From: a virus
Lineage: Duplodnaviria; Caudoviricetes
IMG/VR virus record: IMGVR_UViG_3300024229_000651
Strand: one strand, 5' to 3'
DNA length: 64,000 bases
Below, piece after piece: positions 9,951 through 18,974 of the stretch (positions are counted from its first letter, which is position 1; the number at the start of each line of letters is the position of its first letter). Made by a program: the position numbers and the translations under genes. Below the pieces are notes generated by a model. That model made no database searches. It saw only the letters and a list, made by a program, of their open reading frames with translations, and had not been told where the DNA came from.

Positions 9951-12900
9951 GCGTCTGGCTTGAATTCAAACGCAAACTTTCCGCCAATGCGTGAACTGTA
10001 ATAATTCTTGGCGCCGTCTAAGCGAATTTTACCCCGGAAATTAGGTGGATACAACGCTTCCCATCCTGTTACTCTAGCATTGTCGCCTTGTTTACCCATC
10101 TTGCAGTATAACTGAACAATACTGGACTGGTTAAGGAATGCAATAGCACCTGCACTAAATTGAGGTTCTTCGTTAATCATTGCTGCTACTTTTTTAGCCA
10201 GTAACGCAATTAACGCATATCCTACATTGAATCCAGGTATGTCCTGTTTAGGTGTTCCATAGTTAAATAGTTCTTTCGCCGATTTGCTTAATCCATCGTA
10301 ATCAGTTTTTCCTGCTTTAACGTACTCCATGATTTCTAGTTCTAACTTTTTAGGTAATACACCCAACAGTTCTGCTAATCTAAATGGTCCGTCGATTGCA
10401 GTAGATTCTTGTACAATCTTAATTATTTTAACTGTGTATGCATGTGCTTTGACTAATTCTGGTGGTGCTTTATCGATAGCATCTGCAATGTTCTTAGCAC
10501 TTGCTTTTGCACCCTTGCCGCCTTTACTACTGATGCCAACTTCGGTTCCGTCTGGGCCAATGAAAACACTATCAACCAGTGCATAGTTCATTGCTTGCGG
10601 CCAGAATACTCCAAACGTAGACCACTCGGCTCCGCCCATTAAATCTTGTCTAGCATCTTCAGCTTGTCCGCCCACCATGCCGCTCATCAATGCAACTGGT
10701 CCCATGATTTCACCAAAGTAATCTCTTAGTGCCGGTAAGTTCTGTATTTGGCCTTCAAATTCAGGATGTTGCTGTGCTTGGATACTGTGCAAAGCATCTA
10801 ATAGCTGTTGCTGTATTGCGTGTCCCTGGCTGTTATTCGAGACAGTGTTTATTATGTCATCTACGCTTGTATGCTGATTTTCGTTTTTGATTAAGTGCTG
10901 TGGGTCGATACCAAGGTCTAATTTTAATGCGCCAGCTTTTTGTAATTTCCAACCAGTTGGAACTTGATTATTAGCCCATGCTCCCATCATATCTACACGC
11001 TTCTGCTTAAAATATCGACCCCAGTACACTGGCTTATCATTATTACTAGGATCTGTAAGTGTTGCAATACCGAAAGCTAGACTACCGCTGTTTGGAGTGT
11101 TAGTCCACTCAATTTGTGCATTGAGCTGTTGTTCTATATCTGATGCAAAACTTTCACGCTCTGGTGCATCATCGAACTGTGCACGATCCTGTGGGTAAAC
11201 TTCTACACTGCTGAACTCAAGCGTACTGTCCCCTTTCTTAAATTGGTCGCCCACCACTCGTCCCATTAAACCTTTTGCTTCCGCAAGTATGCTCTTAACG
11301 TGAGAGGAACTCCACTCGTTTAATTTTATTTGACTTTGAACTTCTTCAGGTAGTGCTTGAGAGAAATATTTAACTATACCTCTAGCACATGCATCGTCGC
11401 CAGCTTGCGCTCTAAGATCATGAAATGCATCTAGCATTTCAGGTATAGGCATTACTTGGTATGCAAGCATTTGCTTCTTTAAATCACATACTGGAAAATG
11501 GTCTGCCATTAACCCATTAATAATTTCTGCTCTATTAAAATCGTGCACACTCTCAAAATTCAATGCTCGCATCTCACGCTCGAATTCCAAATCGTCTAAT
11601 TTTTTACGAGTGGCTGCTTTTTTAGCATCAAATTTTGCTGGACCATACTTATCCTGGTCTTTATAAGTTTTCCTATTAGCCGATCTCTTAACTGTTTTCT
11701 TTTTACCAGGTAAACCTTTTGTCCATGCTGTGTCTGGTCTACGATTAGGCAATGAAACTTTTTCTACCCGTTGAATACCCAGTTCTTTACTTGTGGGATT
11801 GGCAGGATCTTTGTATTTTCCATCAGCTGATGCTACTTTCCTTTTGGCACCTAGTCTTGTTTGAGCAACAACTTTTTTATTTGTGCCATCCCTATATACG
11901 ACATTATACAGATATTCACCAGTGCGCAATTCTACTTTTTCATCTTCAGGTGAGGCTTTAGAAGTATCTCTGCGAGCTTGTTTTGCAATTGCTTCATCAA
12001 TTTTATTTTTATCAATTTTTTCTAAAATGGCTAGTTGTTCCAATATTGGCAACTTATCAAATTTGTCAAACGGTGTCATTTTACTTTCCTGTACATCAAA
12101 TTTTATATTAAATCTCTGGCTTAGTAATTTACGATGGTCAGTTTTTAAAAAGCTGTGCGGAACGCCGATTGGTTCGCTCTGATATGTAGTACCAGCTGGA
12201 GCAAAGCCATACTTCTTGACAAACGCATCAACAACAGGTTTATATTCCATCTTTTTGGCTTCAAATTCTGCAATATCCTGTTGTCTTTGTCTAATAGAGC
12301 CTTTGAGTCTTTCTACTTTTTCTGGTTCAGCAACTTTAAGACCTTGCTTTATACCGTCGATCAGTCCTTGTTCATGTTCGATATAACGAGTAGCCTCGTC
12401 CACTTCAAAGCGAGCACGTTTAACTTTGTCTAACTCGTCATCGCTAATCACTTTAAAATCTTGTTGACTGATTGTTGCATTACTATCGGGCTTGTTATCG
12501 CCGAATAGGTCACCGAACAGTGCACGATGCTTATCTGTGGGTATTGCTATAACGTGTCCTTTAGGTGCAGTAATAGTGTATGATGCTTCCGGTGCGTTAG
12601 CATCCTGCTTTTTCAACAAGCTGTTTACAGCCGAAGCCATCTTTTCTAGTTTGTTGTGATGATCTCCCGGGAAGTTTTTCACAAACTCTGACTGTTGTAG
12701 TTCAGTCCACAATGCTTTAGGCGTTAAGCTGAAGTCTTTTAACGCTTGTCTAAATGCTGCAATAGCCGCCGATTTAGGTTCAGCCCTATTAGCACCGCTT
12801 GCAACGTCACTGGCTAACATAGCAAAAGCTCGCACAAAGTATTTCTGTGCTTTAATCATTGTTCTACGCCAGTCTTCGTCATCGCCTTCGGCTTCGAACG

Positions 12901-15028
12901 GCATCTCTTGTTGTGGATTAGCGTTCTTTGCACTTTGTGCATCTGCTAATTCCATGTATGCATTGCTCAATGATTCAATAGCATCTGTATAATGTTTTTC
13001 ACTTGCAATACTTTGGAAAGCAGCTAACACTTTATCGTTAATGCTTTCTGGGTCAACCATTGTTTGAGCTCTTTTAACAACATCGCCGCTTACTTCGTCT
13101 TTGCCTGCAATCATTTTAAACAGTGCTTTGATGTAGTCCTTGCGATATGCTTCTTCATCATGCCCGGCTTGCATCACTGCGGCATAACGGATAACTGCTT
13201 TCATCACTTTGTCGCTCATAGTGTGATAATCGTCGCCACCTGCAACACGGAATTCAATAAGTTTATTTTGCTCTACGTTTTTAGCATCTTTAAAGTTGAT
13301 ACTGCTGAACTTGCCATTACTGATGCCGCCTAACAGTATGTCTTCGAGACCAGCAAGGCTCTTTTCATCCTTGATATCGTTTTGTAGATTTTTGATATAC
13401 TTTCGTACTGTTTCTTGTTGACTCTGTGTATAAGTGTTATGCTCTCTGCCAAACTGCTTTAACACATACTTGTCGCCTAACAGCACAGCCATTTTTAGCT
13501 TGTTAGTTTTAGCGTAGTCCGAATCCATCCAACTCATTGTGACATGCAAACCAGTTGAACTGTTTGTTTCCACATTGTTGTTGTTCATGTACTCAAACAA
13601 ACTCTTCATCTCTTTGAGCATTTCTGCTGGGTTGTCATATACAGGTGAAATAATCTCTGCTTTTGCACCTTCGCCTTCGATTGAGGTGTCATCTTCCACA
13701 CGCCAATGGTCATTGTCTACGCCTTGGCCACTGTGATATACGCCCGGACGTACATCGTTGCTCTTACTGTTGTTGCTGGCCCAATCCTCTAGCATACTAG
13801 CTACAGCATCAACACCGCCGCCTTCGCCGCCTTCGTTGTACAAGTAAATGTCCATTTCGCCTAATAGGCTCCACCAACTGCCGCCGTGTTCTCTGCGAAC
13901 CCAATCGTCCATGTCGTATTGATCCATTGCACGTTGCCAGGATTCGTCCCATGCTTCGCCATTGTCGCGGATCTGTTCCTCTAGCCACTCAATAAATTCG
14001 TCTTCTTTGTACATTTCAACATATTCACGAGGCCATGCTTCATCGTCCCAATTGCTGTACTCTTCCAGCTCGTCCTGCATGTCGTCGATTTCTAATCGCT
14101 CCAGTTTGTCTGCCTTGTACTCTTCCACTTCGTCCATGTCAACATGATCGTTTACAAACTCATCTATGTACGCTTCATCTTCTTTGCGTTCGTTGACTAG
14201 CTCTAGGACAACGTCACTCTCTATTTCGTATACAACTTCTTCTTGTAGCCATTCGCGGTATGCTTCTTCCACACTCTCCACTGCACGTGATCCTTCTTGA
14301 TCGTAAATCAAATCACCGACACGGTTCCAATACAGGTCGTCTAGCCAACTGGTGTCGTCCTCGTCACTGCCTTCGCCTAGGTTAGGCCACACAGTTTCCG
14401 CTTCAAAGCCGCACTGTATGTTCGCATTCAGTGCACCTTGTGCAAGCTCTTTGCTGTTGAAGTTGATTTCAAAAATAGGCTCACCTTGTTCGGTCATTTT
14501 AATTTTACGGGTGAGCTTTTTGATCTTTTTTTGCAAACGATCCCGCTTAAAATGAAAATTACTTGTGCTACTTTTAGATAATTTGTCTAACTTGCCTTCA
14601 GTAAACTCTGGATTAGCCACAAACACTTCTTCGTCGGGGTCGTCTATAACTGAATATTCTTTTGTTTTAGGGTTCTGCACTACTACTGCTTCAGGCTTTG
14701 TGCCTTTTCCGATAGGAGATTTTACTACACCTGCTGATTTTCCATCTTTATCAAAGTATTCCATATCTGTTTTTAGTTCGCCTGCTTTAGCATTAATAAA
14801 TTTTGGAGTCTCTTGATCATTTGCTTTAGGAACTTCTAGACCAGGCGTGGTAGTAGGGCTTCCTAAATCAGGTTTGGCTGCTGTTTTACTTGTAGTAGGT
14901 GATTTTGTAGATGCATTTGCTTTTGCACTTGATCCCATGGATTGTTGGGAAGTAGGTGTACTTGCCCCTGGCTTCATACCATACTCCATAAGTAAATGAT
15001 CTATAGTCCTAATATCTGTGAATTTCAT
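9947..15028 (-). CDS. 1693-aa multidomain protein: COOH-NH2 ligase type 2 (amidoligase) domain plus C-terminal PD-(D/E)XK-like domain
   Basis: GFEAE, WRVEDDTSI..AEIISP, TGLHV, KFSSINF and IEFR amidoligase motifs; YFGE..GP / LVDS / ISSK near the C-terminus. Confidence 0.7.
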   Translation of the reverse strand: MKFTDIRTIDHLLMEYGMKPGASTPTSQQSMGSSAKANASTKSPTTSKTAAKPDLGSPTTTPGLEVPKANDQETPKFINAKAGELKTDMEYFDKDGKSAGVVKSPIGKGTKPEAVVVQNPKTKEYSVIDDPDEEVFVANPEFTEGKLDKLSKSSTSNFHFKRDRLQKKIKKLTRKIKMTEQGEPIFEINFNSKELAQGALNANIQCGFEAETVWPNLGEGSDEDDTSWLDDLYWNRVGDLIYDQEGSRAVESVEEAYREWLQEEVVYEIESDVVLELVNERKEDEAYIDEFVNDHVDMDEVEEYKADKLERLEIDDMQDELEEYSNWDDEAWPREYVEMYKEDEFIEWLEEQIRDNGEAWDESWQRAMDQYDMDDWVRREHGGSWWSLLGEMDIYLYNEGGEGGGVDAVASMLEDWASNNSKSNDVRPGVYHSGQGVDNDHWRVEDDTSIEGEGAKAEIISPVYDNPAEMLKEMKSLFEYMNNNNVETNSSTGLHVTMSWMDSDYAKTNKLKMAVLLGDKYVLKQFGREHNTYTQSQQETVRKYIKNLQNDIKDEKSLAGLEDILLGGISNGKFSSINFKDAKNVEQNKLIEFRVAGGDDYHTMSDKVMKAVIRYAAVMQAGHDEEAYRKDYIKALFKMIAGKDEVSGDVVKRAQTMVDPESINDKVLAAFQSIASEKHYTDAIESLSNAYMELADAQSAKNANPQQEMPFEAEGDDEDWRRTMIKAQKYFVRAFAMLASDVASGANRAEPKSAAIAAFRQALKDFSLTPKALWTELQQSEFVKNFPGDHHNKLEKMASAVNSLLKKQDANAPEASYTITAPKGHVIAIPTDKHRALFGDLFGDNKPDSNATISQQDFKVISDDELDKVKRARFEVDEATRYIEHEQGLIDGIKQGLKVAEPEKVERLKGSIRQRQQDIAEFEAKKMEYKPVVDAFVKKYGFAPAGTTYQSEPIGVPHSFLKTDHRKLLSQRFNIKFDVQESKMTPFDKFDKLPILEQLAILEKIDKNKIDEAIAKQARRDTSKASPEDEKVELRTGEYLYNVVYRDGTNKKVVAQTRLGAKRKVASADGKYKDPANPTSKELGIQRVEKVSLPNRRPDTAWTKGLPGKKKTVKRSANRKTYKDQDKYGPAKFDAKKAATRKKLDDLEFEREMRALNFESVHDFNRAEIINGLMADHFPVCDLKKQMLAYQVMPIPEMLDAFHDLRAQAGDDACARGIVKYFSQALPEEVQSQIKLNEWSSSHVKSILAEAKGLMGRVVGDQFKKGDSTLEFSSVEVYPQDRAQFDDAPERESFASDIEQQLNAQIEWTNTPNSGSLAFGIATLTDPSNNDKPVYWGRYFKQKRVDMMGAWANNQVPTGWKLQKAGALKLDLGIDPQHLIKNENQHTSVDDIINTVSNNSQGHAIQQQLLDALHSIQAQQHPEFEGQIQNLPALRDYFGEIMGPVALMSGMVGGQAEDARQDLMGGAEWSTFGVFWPQAMNYALVDSVFIGPDGTEVGISSKGGKGAKASAKNIADAIDKAPPELVKAHAYTVKIIKIVQESTAIDGPFRLAELLGVLPKKLELEIMEYVKAGKTDYDGLSKSAKELFNYGTPKQDIPGFNVGYALIALLAKKVAAMINEEPQFSAGAIAFLNQSSIVQLYCKMGKQGDNARVTGWEALYPPNFRGKIRLDGAKNYYSSRIGGKFAFEFKPDA

Positions 15029-15029
15029 C

Positions 15030-15314
15030 TTATCGCCTATTTAAAGATTGTACTCTTCTGCTCTGAGGATTCAATCGTTTTGTTCGTCTAGCCTTTCTAG
15101 CCATTCTACCACCCATCTTTGCTTTTGTACGCTTGAGTGTTAGACGCTTTTTCATATTAATAGGCTTAGAGCATTGGCTAGGATTACTAACTACTCGGCC
15201 TTTTCGTCTACCAGATGTGCAACGAACTGCACGTTTTACAGTTTTCCCGGATCGACGCCATACCATACGGGTCTCCAGTAAACTATCTTCCTGTAACAGT
15301 TCGTCTAAACGCAA
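15030..15314 (-). CDS. Highly basic Arg/Lys-rich protein
   Basis: TTG start immediately after the upstream stop gives MRLDELLQEDSLLETRMVWRRSGK...; the remainder is strongly basic. Confidence 0.7.
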   Translation of the reverse strand: MRLDELLQEDSLLETRMVWRRSGKTVKRAVRCTSGRRKGRVVSNPSQCSKPINMKKRLTLKRTKAKMGGRMARKARRTKRLNPQSRRVQSLNRR

Positions 15315-15315
15315 T

Positions 15316-15564
15316 TTATATACCGCCAAACATATTAAGTAATAAACCAACTAATATTGCTACCATAGTAGTAAACGTAGTGCCTACTATAGCCACAAGC
15401 CAGTTCTCAATTTTATTTAGGCGCACTTTTGTATCTTGCTTGAACTCTCTAACTTCTGTTGTGATACTTTCAATACGCAACATATCTGCAATAATGTGTG
15501 CTTCTAAATTATTACTCTCAGAATACTGAGTTTGTTGCTTTCGTTGTTGGTCGTAATCGTTCAT
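15316..15564 (-). CDS. Small membrane protein (coiled coil plus C-terminal TM helix; holin/XhlA-like architecture)
   Basis: C-terminal hydrophobic run WLVAIVGTTFTTMVAILVGLLL. Confidence 0.55.
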   Translation of the reverse strand: MNDYDQQRKQQTQYSESNNLEAHIIADMLRIESITTEVREFKQDTKVRLNKIENWLVAIVGTTFTTMVAILVGLLLNMFGGI

Positions 15565-15963
15565 TTATAATAAGTCCTGTTTTGTAAATTCCATATTAAT
15601 AGAATTCTTAGTGTCGATGACACCCGAGTTTAAAACAATATCGTGCAACTCATCTATCAAGGTTTGTACAGTGTGTGCACCAGGCATTTCTGTAGCAAAT
15701 TTAAAGATGAATCCCGAACCAGTTATAGAAGAAGCACCATAGTTCTCTAGTAAATTTTGTCCTGTGCCGTTTAAATAAACTGGGTTGTTCATAACCGTAG
15801 GCATAGCCCGTAATCCAATCACTTGAACAACACTTTCAAAATCTTTTTGACTACTATCAGTGTAACTACCGGTAACACGAATATTCAAATTAGTATACAA
15901 TGTGAAAAATTCAATATTGCCTGTTAGCACTTCCAGCGAGCCCATTGCTCCGCGTCTAATCAT
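15565..15963 (-). CDS. Hypothetical protein (probable virion protein)
   Basis: SD GGAG; late promoter at 15982-15989. Confidence 0.65.
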   Translation of the reverse strand: MIRRGAMGSLEVLTGNIEFFTLYTNLNIRVTGSYTDSSQKDFESVVQVIGLRAMPTVMNNPVYLNGTGQNLLENYGASSITGSGFIFKFATEMPGAHTVQTLIDELHDIVLNSGVIDTKNSINMEFTKQDLL

Positions 15964-16009
15964 GTTTATCTCCTGTACGTGTATTTATCACGATACCGAT
16001 TATACAGCC

Positions 16010-16038
16010 AAAAAAAATCCCCAACTAAGTTGAGGATC
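16010..16038 (-). terminator. Intrinsic terminator
   Basis: Minus strand AUCCUCAAC-UUA-GUUGGGGAU followed by a U7+ tract. Confidence 0.75.
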
Positions 16039-16060
16039 TTTAATTTATAAATTTTTAAAT

Positions 16061-16303
16061 TTATACGTTGTCGAAAGTTGCTACTACAGTTACACCTGTT
16101 ACTGCTGGTGTTGGGCCGCCTTGTACAACAAGGTGACTGCCGTCTGTTGTGCCTTCAACTGCTGCGATTGTGCCGCCTTCAACCATAATTTCTGCGCATG
16201 CAGCTTCTACGGATACTGTTGCTGTTGCTACAGATACGATAAAAGTCTTAGGGCCTAAACCGTTGGACTGACGTACTGCTGCATTTGGATTAGCTTGTGC
16301 CAT
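16061..16303 (-). CDS. Small Ala/Val/Thr-rich protein (candidate decoration/structural protein)
   Basis: Strong SD AGGAG, own late promoter CATAAATA at 16357-16364 and own terminator, i.e. a monocistronic high-expression layout. Confidence 0.65.
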   Translation of the reverse strand: MAQANPNAAVRQSNGLGPKTFIVSVATATVSVEAACAEIMVEGGTIAAVEGTTDGSHLVVQGGPTPAVTGVTVVATFDNV

Positions 16304-16396
16304 TTTATATCTCCTAAACTATTTTCATGCTTAATTAAATAAGCTCTGGTTACTGTTATTTATGCAAAAGAAAAGATTTAGTGTTGTTATAGATTT

Positions 16397-16900
16397 TTAC
16401 TTTCTAGGCTTACGAATATTGCTTTTCATAAGTTTATCTGCAACATTAACAAAATCTTTGCTAATATCTGCGCCTAATTCAGCTGAATCAACGTTGAATA
16501 CATCCCTAGCAACTTGTTTAATCTTGTCTTTTGCTGCTTTGTACTTGGCGCCGGGTGTTGTTTTCTTATCCTGATAATACTGATTACCCCATTTCTTTCC
16601 TGATTTATCGCTAACTCTGTCAACTGTAGTGCTCGTAGTTGGCTCTGGTCTGGTCATAGGAGTTCGTTTTATTTTTTGGGCAGGTTCTTCCTTTGTATCA
16701 GGGGATTGCTTTTGTTTTCTGCGTTCGATGTCCTGAGCCATGCCAATAGCGTCTAATGCACTTATACCTTTATTAGACACTATACGTTTAGCTCTGGATA
16801 TAACATTATTACTTAACGAAGATCCGTGCTGTGCTTGTATTTGAGCTATCTGGTCAACGGTTAAATTTTCGTCTTCTAGAATTATATCGCTGATTTTCAT
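16397..16900 (-). CDS. Hypothetical protein with CTS-like leader
   Basis: Begins MKISDIILED. Confidence 0.7.
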   Translation of the reverse strand: MKISDIILEDENLTVDQIAQIQAQHGSSLSNNVISRAKRIVSNKGISALDAIGMAQDIERRKQKQSPDTKEEPAQKIKRTPMTRPEPTTSTTVDRVSDKSGKKWGNQYYQDKKTTPGAKYKAAKDKIKQVARDVFNVDSAELGADISKDFVNVADKLMKSNIRKPRK

Positions 16901-17679
16901 TACTGCTTTTTCCTTCCGCTAGCCCAGTATCCGGCAATTGCCCCTATACCTGCGCCAGTAGTGCTAGATATTTTGTTTTTAGACACTTTAGGTACAACTT
17001 TACTGCCTACGTATGCTCCAGCTGCTGTTGCTGCAGCTCTTTTTAACTTACTTGGCTCATTGCTAACGGGCGTATCTTTGTAGGCTCGTTCTCTTTTCAT
17101 AGAAATCAAATGATTGAATATTTCTGTAGTTTGTGCTTTTACTGAACGCAAAGACTGTAGAATTTTTGCAACCACATATTGCTTCTGGCTGTATTTTAAA
17201 TTATCCCAGTCTACAACTAAGCGTCTTAGTTGTTTGTATAATGCGTTCTTGATACTTAACTGAGATTCAAGTCTAATTAGAAATGCAGACATTTCACTTT
17301 TTGTAATATCTGTGGTTGCTACTGTACGCATCATTCTGTAATGTCTGCGATTATCAAAACTTAAACTAGCAAGCGACTTTTCAACACTGCCTTTAAACCT
17401 TAAACTTTTGTAGTCTGGGTTCTTAATTGCAAACCCCAACATATATAAATCTGTTGCTGCTGTTCTATAAGCAGCATAAGGTCCGTATTGTGATGTTTTT
17501 TGTGCATAGGCTTTTGCATAATCTCGTTGATCGCCATCTTGCGAGAACATTAATACTGCTAGTGTTTCTAGAAAAAATACGTCTGCAATATTTTGCGCAG
17601 ACATACGGCGAAATCCATCTGTGTTTCTATACAGTCTGCTTTCGCATAAATCCTCAGAATTAACCAGTAAGAGATCCAT
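16900..17679 (-). CDS. Hypothetical protein (probable internal head protein)
   Basis: LCE^SRLYR near the N-terminus; C-terminal Gly/Ala hydrophobic segment. Confidence 0.6.
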   Translation of the reverse strand: MDLLLVNSEDLCESRLYRNTDGFRRMSAQNIADVFFLETLAVLMFSQDGDQRDYAKAYAQKTSQYGPYAAYRTAATDLYMLGFAIKNPDYKSLRFKGSVEKSLASLSFDNRRHYRMMRTVATTDITKSEMSAFLIRLESQLSIKNALYKQLRRLVVDWDNLKYSQKQYVVAKILQSLRSVKAQTTEIFNHLISMKRERAYKDTPVSNEPSKLKRAAATAAGAYVGSKVVPKVSKNKISSTTGAGIGAIAGYWASGRKKQ

Positions 17680-18974
17680 TATGCTCCAGGCTTCCCGGAG
17701 CCGAAATTCAATCTGCTAAATTCTAATCTATCAACTAACTTTAACGCATTGCCAATCCTGTCAACTGCTACGAAACCTTCCTCGCCAGTAACTTCAAATC
17801 CGTCACCTGTTTCTACAAAAGTTCCTATTTGCCTGATTTGTTCTAACTTTTTAACTATACGAATTTTTGCTTCGATCAACTTTAAATATAAATCGTATAC
17901 TGCAACAATTCCAGGAATGTGCTCTTTGATAAACTTAACACCGCCTACCATTTTTTCAGTTTTAGCATCTTTAGTTTTTTGCATAGAAACTTTGTCTATT
18001 TCTTTCTTCATAAAGTTAACATATTTTTCAACAAAGCCTTGCGCAAATTTAGTAGGCTCATCGAAGTGGCCTTGACGCACTTGATTATTTGCATGAGCTT
18101 TTAGCTGTTGCAAAAAGTCTTTACCGATCAAGTCGTTGCCCTTCTCTAGCCAAGAAAATGTTTCAGAATCAACACTCTTTAGATATGATGCTGCATCTTG
18201 TATTGCTTGCATTGTAGCAGAGCTTTCCTGTGCAGTCATTGTAACAGTGCCGCTAAGATCTTTAATTATCGCATCTCTGTGCCAAACACCATTGGTCTGT
18301 CCTAACACACTGCTGTCGAAGCCAAATTTTGCAGTTGTATCAGCTAGTGTTGGGCCGCCTACGTATTCTGTATGCCAAACTATACCAAAGCCTGCTGAAA
18401 GAATTTGTTTTCCTAAATCACTATCAGCTGGAACAGCATATGTGATAGTGTTGGGCTTGAATACAATATGTTCTGTATTGTCTATAACAACTTTACGTAA
18501 ATCTTCTTGTCCTGCGAATAGCATGTCGCCTTGCGCTACAGTGTCCCAATTTAATCCTTGCAAATATTTTAATGCTAATTTTAATTTAGTACGCAATCCG
18601 CTCGAATCTTTACCCTTGGGATCTGCATGATTAACATCAATATCTTTGTTTGTAAAATTTATTTTAGGTGTTTGCGCAAAAACGCCCTTAGTTCCTACAA
18701 AAAACTTACCTGTTGCAGGATCTTTACCTGCTATAATAGCAGGAGCACCATCCCATTTTGTTGTCATACTGATCGGTGCTTTTGAATTACCTTCCAGCAT
18801 ATCGTGTAAACTGTACAAATATTCTACTGCTTCTTTAGCGCCGGCATACCCTTTATTAAATATGTTGTCTTCTAGGTGCTCAAGGTGCGTGTTTTTACCA
18901 TCCTTGCTTTCTGTAATTACAGATTCAGATAATATGTTAACAACTTTAGGCTTTGATATTTCTATAAACTTCAT
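17679..18974 (-). CDS. Covalent nucleotidyltransferase-fold (RNA/DNA ligase-like) protein
   Basis: TTKWDGAP (motif I KxDG), QGDMLF (III), EEGFV (IV), LKLV (V). Confidence 0.6.
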   Translation of the reverse strand: MKFIEISKPKVVNILSESVITESKDGKNTHLEHLEDNIFNKGYAGAKEAVEYLYSLHDMLEGNSKAPISMTTKWDGAPAIIAGKDPATGKFFVGTKGVFAQTPKINFTNKDIDVNHADPKGKDSSGLRTKLKLALKYLQGLNWDTVAQGDMLFAGQEDLRKVVIDNTEHIVFKPNTITYAVPADSDLGKQILSAGFGIVWHTEYVGGPTLADTTAKFGFDSSVLGQTNGVWHRDAIIKDLSGTVTMTAQESSATMQAIQDAASYLKSVDSETFSWLEKGNDLIGKDFLQQLKAHANNQVRQGHFDEPTKFAQGFVEKYVNFMKKEIDKVSMQKTKDAKTEKMVGGVKFIKEHIPGIVAVYDLYLKLIEAKIRIVKKLEQIRQIGTFVETGDGFEVTGEEGFVAVDRIGNALKLVDRLEFSRLNFGSGKPGA

